From the human T2T-CHM13v2.0 reference genome, Homo sapiens: a DNA stretch of 64,000 nt. The number at the start of each line of letters is the position of its first letter. Within the stretch, counting starts at the first letter, position 1. The notes under the pieces were generated by a model that was not told where the DNA came from, did no database searches, and saw only the letters and a program-made list of their open reading frames with translations. Location: NCBI RefSeq assembly GCF_009914755.1, contig NC_060931.1; one strand, given 5' to 3'. Made by a program: the position numbers and the translations under genes. Shown one piece after another: positions 23,149 to 34,390 of the stretch.

Positions 23149-24479
23149 GGTGACTTCATGCTGCCATGGCCATCACCTGGGTTGGGGGTGGGTAGTGCCC
23201 AGGGCAGGGGAAACACACAGAGCAACTGAAATATTGTCGTCTTTCCCCAGAGAGGGCTCCAAGGAGTGGCGGGAGCTTCTCAGAGGCTCCTAATCAATGC
23301 TTTTTCTTTTAAACAATCCACGAGCTAATGAGAGGGTGGAGAATCCCATCCCGATGGGCACTGGCTTCTTTCCAGCAAGCCTCGGAATCACCTCAGTGCC
23401 CCTGGCCCACGGGATCCCAGGAATCAAGTTCTGATGGATTTGTAAGCAGATTCGTTCTTCAGATTATAATTAGAGCCGCTCTCTCTCCCCGCCTTTTTGA
23501 AAGTTCCCATTAGCCTGAGCAAGGGCCAAAATATTATTGGAAAACCCATGGGCCACTTTGTTCCCTCTGTACCACAGGTTAAAACCCTATTTACTTTGTC
23601 AGAGAGGAAAAAATAATCAAATAAACTCTCCATTTCAGATGCTACTGAAACGAGCAACAAGGGAAGGGGGGAGATGATGCTCATGTGATTTGGAGGCCAA
23701 AGGTGCTTCTAACTCACAGTCGGAGCCACCCCACGCCTCCTTCCACAGGCTCCATGACGGCAAAGGCCCTGTCCACCAGCCCTATGGAAAAGAGCCTGGC
23801 TCCAGCACCTTTCCTGGGACTTGATTTCCTCACTTTTTAAAATGACTTGCCAATCAATTATCAATTGATAATGACTACTGATTGCAACATATCTTTAGTA
23901 AGTAAAATGAAAGGTGTGTCTTACTACTGCTGGCTGTTTCCGGCCAACAAGCCCAAGACTGAGAATTGGTGAAGGAAGGCATTGCCTGTGGACCTCCCTC
24001 CCATGGGTGCCCGGCCTGCTCTTAGTCCCCCACTGAAGGCTCTTCGGCACCTAGAGCCCCATCATCCCTTCCCCGTGTGTTTGCTAACGCTGTTCATCTT
24101 GTCTAGGATGCTTCTCCTCCATCAAAACCACTTCAAGAATCAGTCCCTCCTGGAACCCTCCCCGGAGACGCTCTCTTCCTCACCTCTCTCTGGACATTTG
24201 CAGGAAGAAGCAAGACCCGTCCACATGACCCATGCACGATTCAGTGGCTCTCCTCCCTCTGGGAGGTCAGTTTTACTGGTTGTACGTGGAGTCCTCTAAG
24301 CTATGAGGGAAGAAGGGGACAACTGTTTGGCCAAACCATAGTCTCTGTGGCCCTTGGGAAGAAGGATGTTGTGGACACTGCACCTGGCATCTCCTGGGCT
24401 TCTGTCCTCTCTCAGCTTTGCTCTTCATGTCCCCGGCATTTTTAACTCCTAGCTCAGTTACTTCTCTGCTCATCTTTCC

Positions 24480-24585
24480 TCTTAGACTTGGGGTCCTTGA
24501 GGGCCAGCTCTATGTCTGGTTCATCTTTGCATTCTCCATCAGATTGCAGAAGTTGTGTCAACGACGAACCAATAAATGAATGTGT
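24480..24585 (+). mobile_element. LINE-2 3' end
   Basis: TAGACT...TCCTTGAGGGC...TGTCTGGTTCATCTTTGCATTCTCC...CAATAAATGAATG. Confidence 0.5.
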
Positions 24586-24836
24586 GCAGTCGGGTGTGGC
24601 AGGGACCAACAATCTGACCAGCGCTCTTTCTGTGTGGATGGTCTGGCCCTGTGTTGACAAACACCTAAATAATCCAGCACGATTCCCTTCTAGATGTATC
24701 TCTCTACGGTGACTGAGTGTGCTCAATGCTTACAACTAGGCTTTTTCCAATCACCTGTAACTCATGTGAATGTGGTCACTGATTTGAGCATCAAAAGGGC
24801 CAAAGTTATCGAGGGCTTTTGCATATGTAGATGGAG

Positions 24837-24966
24837 AACAGGTGACTGGGGTAACGCGTTATTTACCTGTATTTAGATGGGCAGTCTCCAGATGTTTTTA
24901 AACAGGTGACTGGGGTAACCAGCTACTTAACTGTATTTAGACGGGGCAGTCTCCAGAGATTTTTGA
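24837..24966. repeat. 2-copy tandem duplication (64 bp)
   Basis: AACAGGTGACTGGGGTAAC...CTGTATTTAGA..GGGCAGTCTCCAGA at 24837 and 24901. Confidence 0.9.
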
Positions 24967-25610
24967 AAAGGAAGAAGGAAGTAAATTCAGTTACTTGGAT
25001 ACAAGTAGGACAGAAAATATTCCTTTGAGATTGTGAGGGTATTTATTCATTGAACAGTTTTAGAGGTACAGAGAGACTACTTGATGAGCTGACTTCTGTT
25101 TTTTTTTTTTTTTCCAGAAGTGGGTATCTAGGTTTGCTGATTGCTGGAGTAAACGATGAATGTGGATGGCAGGGCAGCATTTTGGAGGTGAAGCCATCTG
25201 CAGATGCGTGTACCCCACGAGGGTGAGAAGCTCCAAGCACACCCAGAATCTAGGGTGGGGGACTGTTCGCCTGAGCAGCACCAACTCCATCTCAAGATGT
25301 GTGTCTGCTGTCTGTTGCTGTTCTTTGTTTGAGCTTTGAACTCCTCACATAACCCCTTAACTGTCCTCTTGATCTTTTATTCATGAGCTTGACACATTGG
25401 GCAGAAAGACACAGTCTCAGTGAGATGATACCAACTTGGAGCTTAGTTTCTTCTTCCTAATACCTTTTGCTTGTAATTCCAAAGTATTGATATTAAATAC
25501 TCATAAGTAGCCAAGGAAGAGGACCATCCCACTACTCAGTTTAATCTGTCTTGAAAATGCTTCGGTATTGCATGAACGTGATGCATGATCCAACCCAATG
25601 CTCTGTGCTA

Positions 25611-25736
25611 AGGCTGTGCTTGTGTTATCTGTGGTGAAGAGAACCTTGTAATGAATGGACCACTCACTGAGCCAGGCTGTGCTTGTGTTATCTGTGGTGG
25701 AGAGAACCTTGTAATGAACGGACCACTCACTGAGCC
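25611..25736. repeat. 2-copy tandem duplication (63 bp, 2 mismatches)
   Basis: AGGCTGTGCTTGTGTTATCTGTGGTG.AGAGAACCTTGTAATGAA.GGACCACTCACTGAGCC at 25611 and 25674. Confidence 0.95.
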
Positions 25737-26131
25737 TGGGCAGCTCCCTGCATCTGACTTCTGGAGAGTTCTAGAGATACTCACAGGTCAGGAGGTCTCT
25801 TGGGGTGAGGGCAGGGGAGGCAGCTCTGGGAACCGACCATCAGCAAAGGTCAGAGACTTAGATGCCCATCCAGTGGGTTCGAATGTCAGCCGCCTTCCAC
25901 AGCGAGGTCTGGTAATGGGCTTGGACCTGCCTGAATCCTCCTGGCTAAGCTGTGGAGTGGAGCCAGGAGTGCTGTCTGCTCACGGTGGGACCAGCCTGCA
26001 ATCGGTGCGGCGGGCTATGCTTAGGGCCTAAGAATTAGGCTTCCCACCTGCCAGCGATACAGGCACGGGATAGGCCACATTACCCTGCTTTTGTGACTCA
26101 TCCTTCCTCCATTTAAGTGGGACCCACACTT

Positions 26132-26493
26132 GTGGCTGGGATAACAATTTCCAGGTTGGCTGAGTTGGGCTCCTGGCAAGCCATGGCTGGGATAGCTATC
26201 TCCAGGTTGGCTGAGTTGGGCTCCTGGCAAGCCATGGCTGGGATAGCTATCTCCGGGTTGGCTGAGTTAGGTTCCTGGCAAGGCCATGGCTGGGGTAACG
26301 ATCTCCAGGTTGGCTGAGCTGGGCTTCTGGCAAGTCCGTGGCTGGGATAGCTATCTCTGGGTTGGCTGAGTTGGGCTCTCGGCAAGGCTGTGGCTGGGAT
26401 AACAATCTCCAGGTTGGCTGAGCTGGGCTTCTGGCAAGGCCGTGGCTGGGATAGTTATTTCCAGGTTGGCTGAATTAGGTTCCTGGCATGGCT
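26132..26493. repeat. 51/52-bp minisatellite, 7 copies
   Basis: TGGCTGGG at 26133, 26184, 26235, 26287, 26339, 26391, 26443, each followed by ...GGTTGGCTGA. Confidence 0.95.
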
Positions 26494-26719
26494 GTGAAAG
26501 TGCTGCCCCATTTCTTTGCCACCAGCCACGGAAGTCGCAGCTCCCTGTGTCCTCTTTGCACGTTGCATGTGTCGTGGTGGGAGCTGTGAGGCGGTGCCGT
26601 GACGGGGCGATGCTGCTGCAGGAGACGTGCTCCGGGGCACGACTCTGACGCAGCTTAGAAGAGCTAATGCTTGACACCATCTGGATCCCCTTCATGCTTT
26701 CTGTTTTTATGGGAAGTCC

Positions 26720-26805
26720 TAATTCAACACATGTTTCCTGAGGTGCTACTACGTGCTAGGTTACTGGGTACAGCAAGACCATGGAGGAATCAGAGCGTAA
26801 ACAAG
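26720..26805 (-). mobile_element. LINE-2 3' end relic
   Basis: ATTCAACACATGTTTCCTGAG...CTACTACGTGCTAGG resembles attcaacaaatatttattgagcacctactatgtgccagg. Confidence 0.45.
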
Positions 26806-27999
26806 CGGGCGCGAGGTGGTCCAGGCATGGAGGGCACAGAAGCCGTGATGCTGGGGTGGGCTGGGGGTCAGCTGGCCTCAACGGGGTGAACACAGCAGCT
26901 CTCCCAGACATCGAAGGAGATTCAAGGAGCCTGAAACTCAAACAAGTGGAAGAGGCTGGAACGTCACCTAAGGTGATAGGAACTGGGGACCCGACCTGGC
27001 GCCCGTTCAACAGACCCAAGCCTCCCATCCCAGCATCGGGCCGTGATGTGCCGTCCATTACACAACGATGGAATCTGCTCTGGGAAGAATAAATGGCTCT
27101 GGTGAGCATGCTCAGAATTCCATTTTAATATTAAAAAATTTAAAATAATTCTTGGTTTAAAACACAAATAGAGGTATAATATAGTAGCCATCTAGAACCT
27201 CAATTTAAGATATGAGATTGGGTCTGCTTTTGAATTTTAGAAAGTAGTAAGAGTCTGCTGTTTTCATGTTTAAATGTGTGAGGCACTTCAGTACCATCAG
27301 AACGTGTGCAGAAGACGGAGGATGTGGAAGGGCCCCCAAGGACAGGTCTGTCTGCCTGGTGGACACTGAGTGAGGTGGAGGGGAAGCCACAGATCCCCAC
27401 TGTCCTCATCACTCAGGCACATCCAGGCTGATGAAAAAGCAACAGAATGGGTTCAAAGGCCTCTTACCAAACGACTCGGGGCTTCCCTCAGCCCCTGGGT
27501 GTTCACTTCAGCCGCACCCCAGTCCCCCGGCATCTCTGAGGGGCCCTGAGGCGTGTCACCTCACTCCCCACCACCCCTCACTTCTGCCTCCATGAAATGT
27601 GGGTCCCCTTCCAGGCGGCACCTTCCTTACGAGGACTACGGGTGTCTGAGAGGCGCCTCTGAGTCCCTATGCCACCGCATCTGGGTTGGGTCACGATGCT
27701 CCCCTTGCACGGAGCTAAGATTTATAGACCGAGACAGCTCCAGGAGTGGCCACCCCAGCATTTCTCAGGGGAAGAAATGAGGATGAAAGAGGTGGAGCTC
27801 GTACAGTCAGCAACGGTGGCCCCTGGGCAGACCCTAGAGCTCCTGGGGCCCTGCCCAGGTCCTTCTGTGTATGTCTCAGCCCAGGTCATCACAGATCCAG
27901 CCAGTGATCTGCTGGATGAGAAGCTTCTGCACGGACTCGTCCACCCTCTCACTGTAAACATTGCTCCAGACGAACGCAAGGCTGAGAGCCGGGGGTGGT

Positions 28000-28127
28000 C
28001 TGCGGGAGGCAGGCATGGGGGAGAGGACAGGCTGCGGGAGGCAGGTTGGGGGAGAGGACAGGCTGTGGGAGGCAGGCTCAGGGACAGGGCAGGCTCAGGG
28101 AGGCAGGCTGGGGGAGAGGGCAGGCTG
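28000..28127. repeat. 31/32-bp G-rich minisatellite, ~4 copies
   Basis: GGGAGGCAGG at 28004, 28036, 28067, 28098. Confidence 0.85.
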
Positions 28128-28508
28128 CACAATGCTGGGCTCCTCCGACAATGCTCACCTCTCTTCTCCCCTCCATTTGCACCTCAGTCCTGATATTTAT
28201 CTCCCCAAAACGTCTGGGACACTGGGCAGAGGCTGAGTGAGGGTGCCAGCATCTGCAGGGCAGGCTGGAGGCCGCTGCTTTGCTCTCAAATGTCAGCATC
28301 TTTTGTAGGCTCCAGAACCGTGTGGATAAAGCAAAACGCTCACCCAAGAGGAAGCTGATACAGCAGCAAAGACCACCCAACGATCTGGTTCCTACCCATT
28401 TCCAGGCAGTCGGTAAATGAAACCTAACATGTTTGACGCACGCCCTGATTTGACCATCACAAAGCTCCTTCTCTGGCTGCAGGATGCACTCAGCACGCAC
28501 GCCACAAA

Positions 28509-29331
28509 CATGGAGATCACAGGACTCCCTACACACCATAGTCCATACAGGGCCTTGAGTGTGGAGATCACAGGCCTCCCCTGCACCCCACAGTCCTCAC
28601 AGGGCCCTGAGTGTGGAGATCACAGGACTCCCTGCACCCCACAGTCCTCACAGGGCCCTGAGTGTGGAGATCACAGGACTCCCTACACCCCACAGTCCTC
28701 CCTACACCCCACAGTCCTCACAGGGCCAAGAGCATGGAGATCATGGGCCTCCCTACACCCCACAGTCCTCATGGGACCCTGAGCATGAAGATCACGGGCC
28801 TCCCCTAGACCCCACAGTCCTCATGGGACCCTGAGCATGGAGATCATGGGCCTCCCTACACTCCACAGTCCACATGGGGCCAAGAGCATGGAGATCATGG
28901 GCCTCCCCTAGACCCTACAGTCCTCACGGGGCCCTGAGCAAGGAGATCATGGGATTCCCTACAACCCACAGTCCTCACGGGGCCCTGAGCAAGGAGATCA
29001 CGGGACTCCCCGCACCCCACAGTCCACACGGAGCCCTGAGTGTGGAGATCACGGGACTCCCTACACCCTACAGTACTCACGGGGCCCTGAGCAAGGAGAT
29101 CACGGGACTCCCTGCACCCCACAGTCCACACGGGGCCCTGAGTGTGATCACGGGACTCCCTACACCCCACAGTCCTCACGGGGCCAAGGGCGTGGAGATC
29201 ACGGGCCTCCATACACCCCACAGTCCTCACGGTGCCAACAGCATAGAGATCACGGGCCTCTATACACCCCACAGTCTTCACGGGGCCCTGAGTATGGAGA
29301 TCACGGGACTGCCCTGCACCCACAGTCCTCA
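28509..29331. repeat. 51/52-bp VNTR, ~16 copies
   Basis: Unit GGAGATCAC(A/G)GGACTCCCT(A/G)CACCCCACAGTCCTCAC(A/G)GGGCCCTGAG(TGT/CAT/CAA). Confidence 0.97.
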
Positions 29332-29442
29332 GCAGTTTCTAGAGCAGAAGATGCCCATTAAAGGCAGATCTCTTCCGTTCAGCTGCCTGGTCTGCTGAGC
29401 AGTTGAGGGGGATGGTGAGGCAGTGTGGGAATCCGCATGTGT

Positions 29443-32400
29443 TGAGGCCTGCATCCCTGAGCTGCGGGCAGTTGAGGTGATTCTGAGGCCTGTGTCCCTG
29501 AGCTGTGGGCTGTTGAGGTGATTCTGAGGCCTGCGTCCCTGAGCTCTGGGCTGTCCGGGTGATTCTGAGGCCTGCGTCTCTCAGCTGTGGGCTGTTGAGG
29601 CGATTCTGAGGCCTGTGTCCCTGAGCTGTGGGCTGTTGAGGTGATTCTGAGGCCTGCGTCCCTGAGCTGTGGGGTGTCCGGGTGATTCTGAGGCCTGCAT
29701 CTCTGAGCTGTGGGCTGTTGAGGCGATTCTGAGGCCTGTGTCCCTGAGCTGTGGGCTGTTGAGGTGATTCTGAGGCCTGCGTCCCTGAGCTGTGGGGTGT
29801 CCGGGTGATTCTGAGGCCTGCGTCCCTGAGCTGTGGGCTGTTGAGGTGATTCTGAGGCCTGCGTCTCTGAGCTGTGGGGTGTCCGGGTGATTCTGAGGCC
29901 TGCGTCTCTGAGCTGTGGGGTGTCCGGGTGATTCTGAGGCCTGCGTCCCTGAGCTGTGGGGTGTCCGGGTGATTCTGAGGCCTGCGTCCCTGAGCTGTGG
30001 GCTGTTGAGGTGATTCTGAGGCCTGCGTCCCTGAGCTTTGGGCTGTCCGGGTGATTCTGAGGCCTGCGTCCCTGAGCTGTGGGGTGTCCGCGTGATTCTG
30101 AGGCCTGCGTCCCTGAGCTGTGGGGTGTGCGGGTGATTCTGAGGCCTGCGTCCCTGAGCTGTGGGCTGTTGAGGTGATTCTGAGGCCTGCGTCTCTGAGC
30201 TGTGGGGTGTCCGGGTGATTCTGAGGCCTGCGTCTCTGAGCTGTGGGGTGTGCGGGTGATTCTGAGGCCTGCGTCCCTGAGCTGTGGGCTGTTGAGGTGA
30301 TTCTGAGGCCTGCGTCTCTCAGCTGTGGGCTGTTGAGGTGATTCTGAGGCCTGCATCTCTGAGCTCTGGGCTGTCCGGGTGATTCTGAGGCCTGCGTCCC
30401 TGAGCTGTGGGCTGTTGAGGTGATTCTGAGGCCTGCGTCCCTGAGCTTTGGGCTGTCCGGGTGATTCTGAGGCCTGCGTCCCTGAGCTGTGGGGTGTCCG
30501 GGTGATTCTGAGGCCTGCGTCCCTGAGGTGTGGGGTGTCCGGGCGATTGTGAGGCCTGTGTCCCTGAGCTGCAGGCTGTTGAGGTGATTCTGAGGCCTGC
30601 GTCTCTGAGCTGTGGGGTGTCCGGGTGATTCTGAGGCCTGCGTCCCTGAGCTCTGGGCTGTCCGGGTGATTCTGAGGCCTGCGTCTCTCAGCTGTGGGCT
30701 GTTGAGGTGATTCTGAGGCCTGCGTCCCTGAGCTGTCTGGTGTCTGGGTGATTCTGACCCCTGCGTCTCTGAGCTGTAGGGTGTCTGGGAGATTCTGAGG
30801 CCTGCGTCCCTGAGCTGTGAGCTGTTGAGGTAATTCTGAGGCCTGCGTCCCTGAGGTAGGAGCTGCCCGGGTGATTCTGAGGCCTGCGTCCCTGAGCTGT
30901 GGGGTGTCTGGGGGATTCTGAGGCCTGCATCTCTGAGCAGAGGGGTGTCCGGGCAATTCTGAGGCCTGCGTCCCTGAGCTGTGAGCTGCCTGGGTGATTT
31001 TGAGGCCTGCGTCCCTGAGCTGCGGGGTTTCTCGGTAATTCTGAGGCCTGTGTCCCTGAGCTGTGGGGTGTCTGGGTGATTCTGAGGCCTGCGTCCCTGA
31101 GCTGCGGAGTGTCTGGGTGATTCTTAGGTCTGCGTCTCTGAGCTGTGGGGTGTCCGGGTGATTCTGAGGCCTGCGTCCCTGAGCTCTGGGGTGTCTGGGT
31201 GATTCTGAGGTCTGCGTCCCTGAGCTGTGGGCTGTTGACGTGATTCTGATGCCTGCGTCCCTGAGCTGTGGGCTGTTCAGGTGATTGTGAGGCCTGCGTC
31301 TATGAGCTGTGGGCTGTTGAGGTGATTCTGAGGCCTGCGTCCCTGAGCTGTGGGCTGTCCGGGTGATTCTGAGGCCTGCGTCCCTGAGCTGTGGGCTGTT
31401 GAGGTGATTCTGAGGCCTGCGTCCCTGAGCTGTGGGCTGTTGAGGTGATTCTGAGGCCTGTGTCCCTGAGCTGTGGGCTGTCCGGGTGATTCTGAGGCCT
31501 GCGTCCCTGAGCTGTGGGCTGTTGAGGTGATTCTGAGGCCTGCGTCCCTGAGCTGTGGGCTGTTGAGGTGATTCTGAGGCCTGTGTCCCTGAGCTCTGGG
31601 CTGTCCGGGTGATTCTGAGGCCTGCGTCCCTGAGCTGTGGGCTGTTGAGGTGATTCTGAGGCCTGCGTCCCTGAGCTGTGGGCTGTCCGGGTGATTCTGA
31701 GGCCTGCGTCCCTGAGCTGTGGGCTGTTGAGGTGATTCTGAGGCCTGCGTCCCTGAGCTGTGGGCTGTTGAGGTGATTCTGAGGCCTGTGTCCCTGAGCT
31801 CTGGGCTGTCCGGGTGATTCTGAGGCCTGCGTCCCTGAGCTGTGGGCTGTTGAGGTGATTCTGAGGCGTGCGTCCCTGAGCTGTGAACTGCCCGGGTGAT
31901 TCTGAGGCCTGCGTCCCTGAGGTGCGGGGTGTCTGGGTGATTCTGAGGCCTGCGTCCCTGAGCTACAGGCTGTTGAGGTGATTCTGTGGCCTGTGTCCCT
32001 GAGCTGTGGGGTGTCCGGGTGATTCTGAGGCCTGCGTCCCTGAGCTACAGGCTGTTGAGGTGATTCTGTGGCCTGTGTCCCTGAGCTGTGGGTTGTCTGG
32101 GTGATTCTGAGGCCTGCGTCCCTGAGCTGCGGGCTGTTGAGGTGATTCTGAGGCCTGTGTCCCTGAGCTGCGGGGTGTCTGGGTGATTCTGAAGCCTGCG
32201 GCTGTGAGCTGTGGGGTGTCTGAGTGATTCTGCGGCCTGTGTCTCTGAGCTGTGGGGTGTCCGGGTGATTCTGAGGCCTGCGTCCCTGAGCTGCGGGGTG
32301 TCAGGGTGATTCTGAGGCCTGTGTCCCTGAGCTGTGAGCTGCCCGGGTGATTCTGAGGCCTGCGTCCCTGAGCTGCGGGGTGTGTGGGTGATTCTGAGGC

Positions 32401-32686
32401 CTGCGTCCCTCAGCTGTGGGGTGCCTGGGTGATTTTGAGGCCTGCGTCCCTGAGCTGTGGGCTGTTGAGGTGATTCTGAGGCCTGTGTCCCTGCGCTGTG
32501 GGGTGTCTGGGTGATTCTGAGGCCTGCATCTCTGAGCTGTGGGGTGTCCGGGTGATTCTGAGGCCTGTGTCCCCGAGCTGTGGGCTGTTCACGTGATTCT
32601 GAGGCCTGTGTCCCTGAGCTGTAGACTGTTCGGGTGACTCTGAGGCCTGCTTCTCTGTGCTGTGGGCTCCCCAGGGGATTCTGAGG
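29443..32686. repeat. 41-bp VNTR, ~79 copies (3.2 kb)
   Basis: Unit GTGATTCTGAGGCCTGCGTCCCTGAGCTGTGGG followed by CTGTTGAG, GTGTCCGG or CTGTCCGG. Confidence 0.99.
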
Positions 32687-33954
32687 GCTCTTTTGCTTGT
32701 GGCCCTTCTGCTTGGCATGCATACTCAGGCCTGCAACATAGCACGTGGTCCTGATCCTTCTTCGTAATGTGTATTTTACTGGTTGGTTGCTTGTTGTTCA
32801 TAATTTTTATTATATCATCTTTTAGAGAATGCTCGATTTAGAGAAAAAAGGATGAGTTTTGGAAGCAGCCCTACCAATGTTCTTTCTCTTGTTTCTTGTT
32901 GTGTGGTTTTGGCCAAACGATCAAAACAATCAAATCTCTGGGTCTTGGCTTCCCCCACGGCAATGAGGCTGGCCGGATGTAGGGAGTGAGGCGTAGAGGA
33001 TGAGCTGCTACTACTGCACAGGAATGTCCCAGCCTGCTGCCAGCTCCTTGGGGAAGCAGCAAGATGCCACCCAGGTGAGCTGCTTCCTCCGCACCTATGA
33101 GAGGCAGGAAGTGGCAGGTAACATGGAGCTGCTGGAGACCCAGCCCCAGGGACCCCCTGCCAATATCTGAGTGAACAGTTCTTGCAAGCTAGGAAGGCTG
33201 GCCCGAGGATGGCAGTTGTATCTGGCATTTCTTGGAGTGTCTCCAGTTTATTTTGGAAATAGGTTTTGGCAAAAGTTCAAAATGTCAAACTCCTGAGGCT
33301 TTCAGTTGTCCTCTCCCTCCGGCTCCAGTGTCGAGTACCCAGTGAGCTGTTGAGAGAGAAATTCTTAAATGTACCGCAGCGTTCAGCTCCTCAGTGGGTT
33401 CGGAAACAGCTGGAAGGAAGGGTGTAAAGCCCGCCTGAGATGGCTTCCTCAGGGTTTGCCTCCCAGAGACACCGTGGCATTGGAGCAGGGTGCAGCTGCA
33501 TTCTGGGGTGGGCCAGCTCGGCACCATCGGCCGATCTTCCTGGACGAGCCAGGGCTCGCTGGTAGGCCGTGGAACCTTCTGGCCGCATCTTTAGCTTCTC
33601 TAGAAAGGGCTACTCGACCGTGGGCTCTAAAGAGCCTCCTCACCAGTGAGCGTCCTGCCCAACTCTGGGAAAACCTCCCAGATCCTGGCGGGGAGCTGCT
33701 GTGAGCTGTGGGGCCGAGGAGGCTCCCGACGCCCAGTAGTAGGCTGGGGGGACCTGCAGCCGCAGGACCAAGGGATTGATTTCTTTCTCGGTTATAAATT
33801 GCAACTGGAGACATGCTGACATGTGAAGGGAAGCTCGTGGATGGGGGGCACAAGGCAATATCCCGAGGAGAGAGACAGGCTCAATTCCAGTTTGCGCGCA
33901 CTGGACAAAGTGAGGATGGGGTCAGCGAGGGAGAGCAGGTGGAAAGAAAAAAAT

Positions 33955-34390
33955 CCATGCGGCGAACGCCCTGGCTGTGGCAGCGGGTTTATTTTTGAAT
34001 GAAGGCACCATGCATTTAAATTAAATGTCAGATGTAATTTAGCACCCAGGCATCAAGAGGCTGAGCGTGTGCAGGGAAAGCCGGCAGCTCGCAGGAGTGG
34101 CTGAGTGCCTGCTCTCCAGCGCCCACGGAGTGCGCTCGCTCGGGAGGTGTCTCTGTCCTCGGCGTGGGAGGGTCTTTGAGAAGGTGAAGCTTGGCTGTTG
34201 CTAAGACACACGAGATCATTGTTTGGAAGGCGTTTTCCCTTCTCTCTCCCTCAAATGACTGTTTAATTGAGGTTACTCTGCACCGCTGACACGCGGTGGA
34301 AAGCCCGACATCACTTGGAGAACTTAATCAAGGCTGATGGAGCCGCGCGCACAGAATCCCAACTGCCCGCACCCTTTGTTTCATGTTCAC
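33955..34390. promoter_or_regulatory. Candidate developmental enhancer (homeodomain/SOX motif-dense unique sequence)
   Basis: ATGCATTTAAATTAAAT, TGTAATTTAG, CATTGTT (34217), TTTAATTG, TTAATCA, CTTTGTT in non-repetitive sequence; motif evidence only. Confidence 0.3.

Noticed and set aside
29379-32722. 525-aa and 225-aa minus-strand ORFs
   Set aside because: Translation of the 41-bp VNTR cycling through frames; no coding signature
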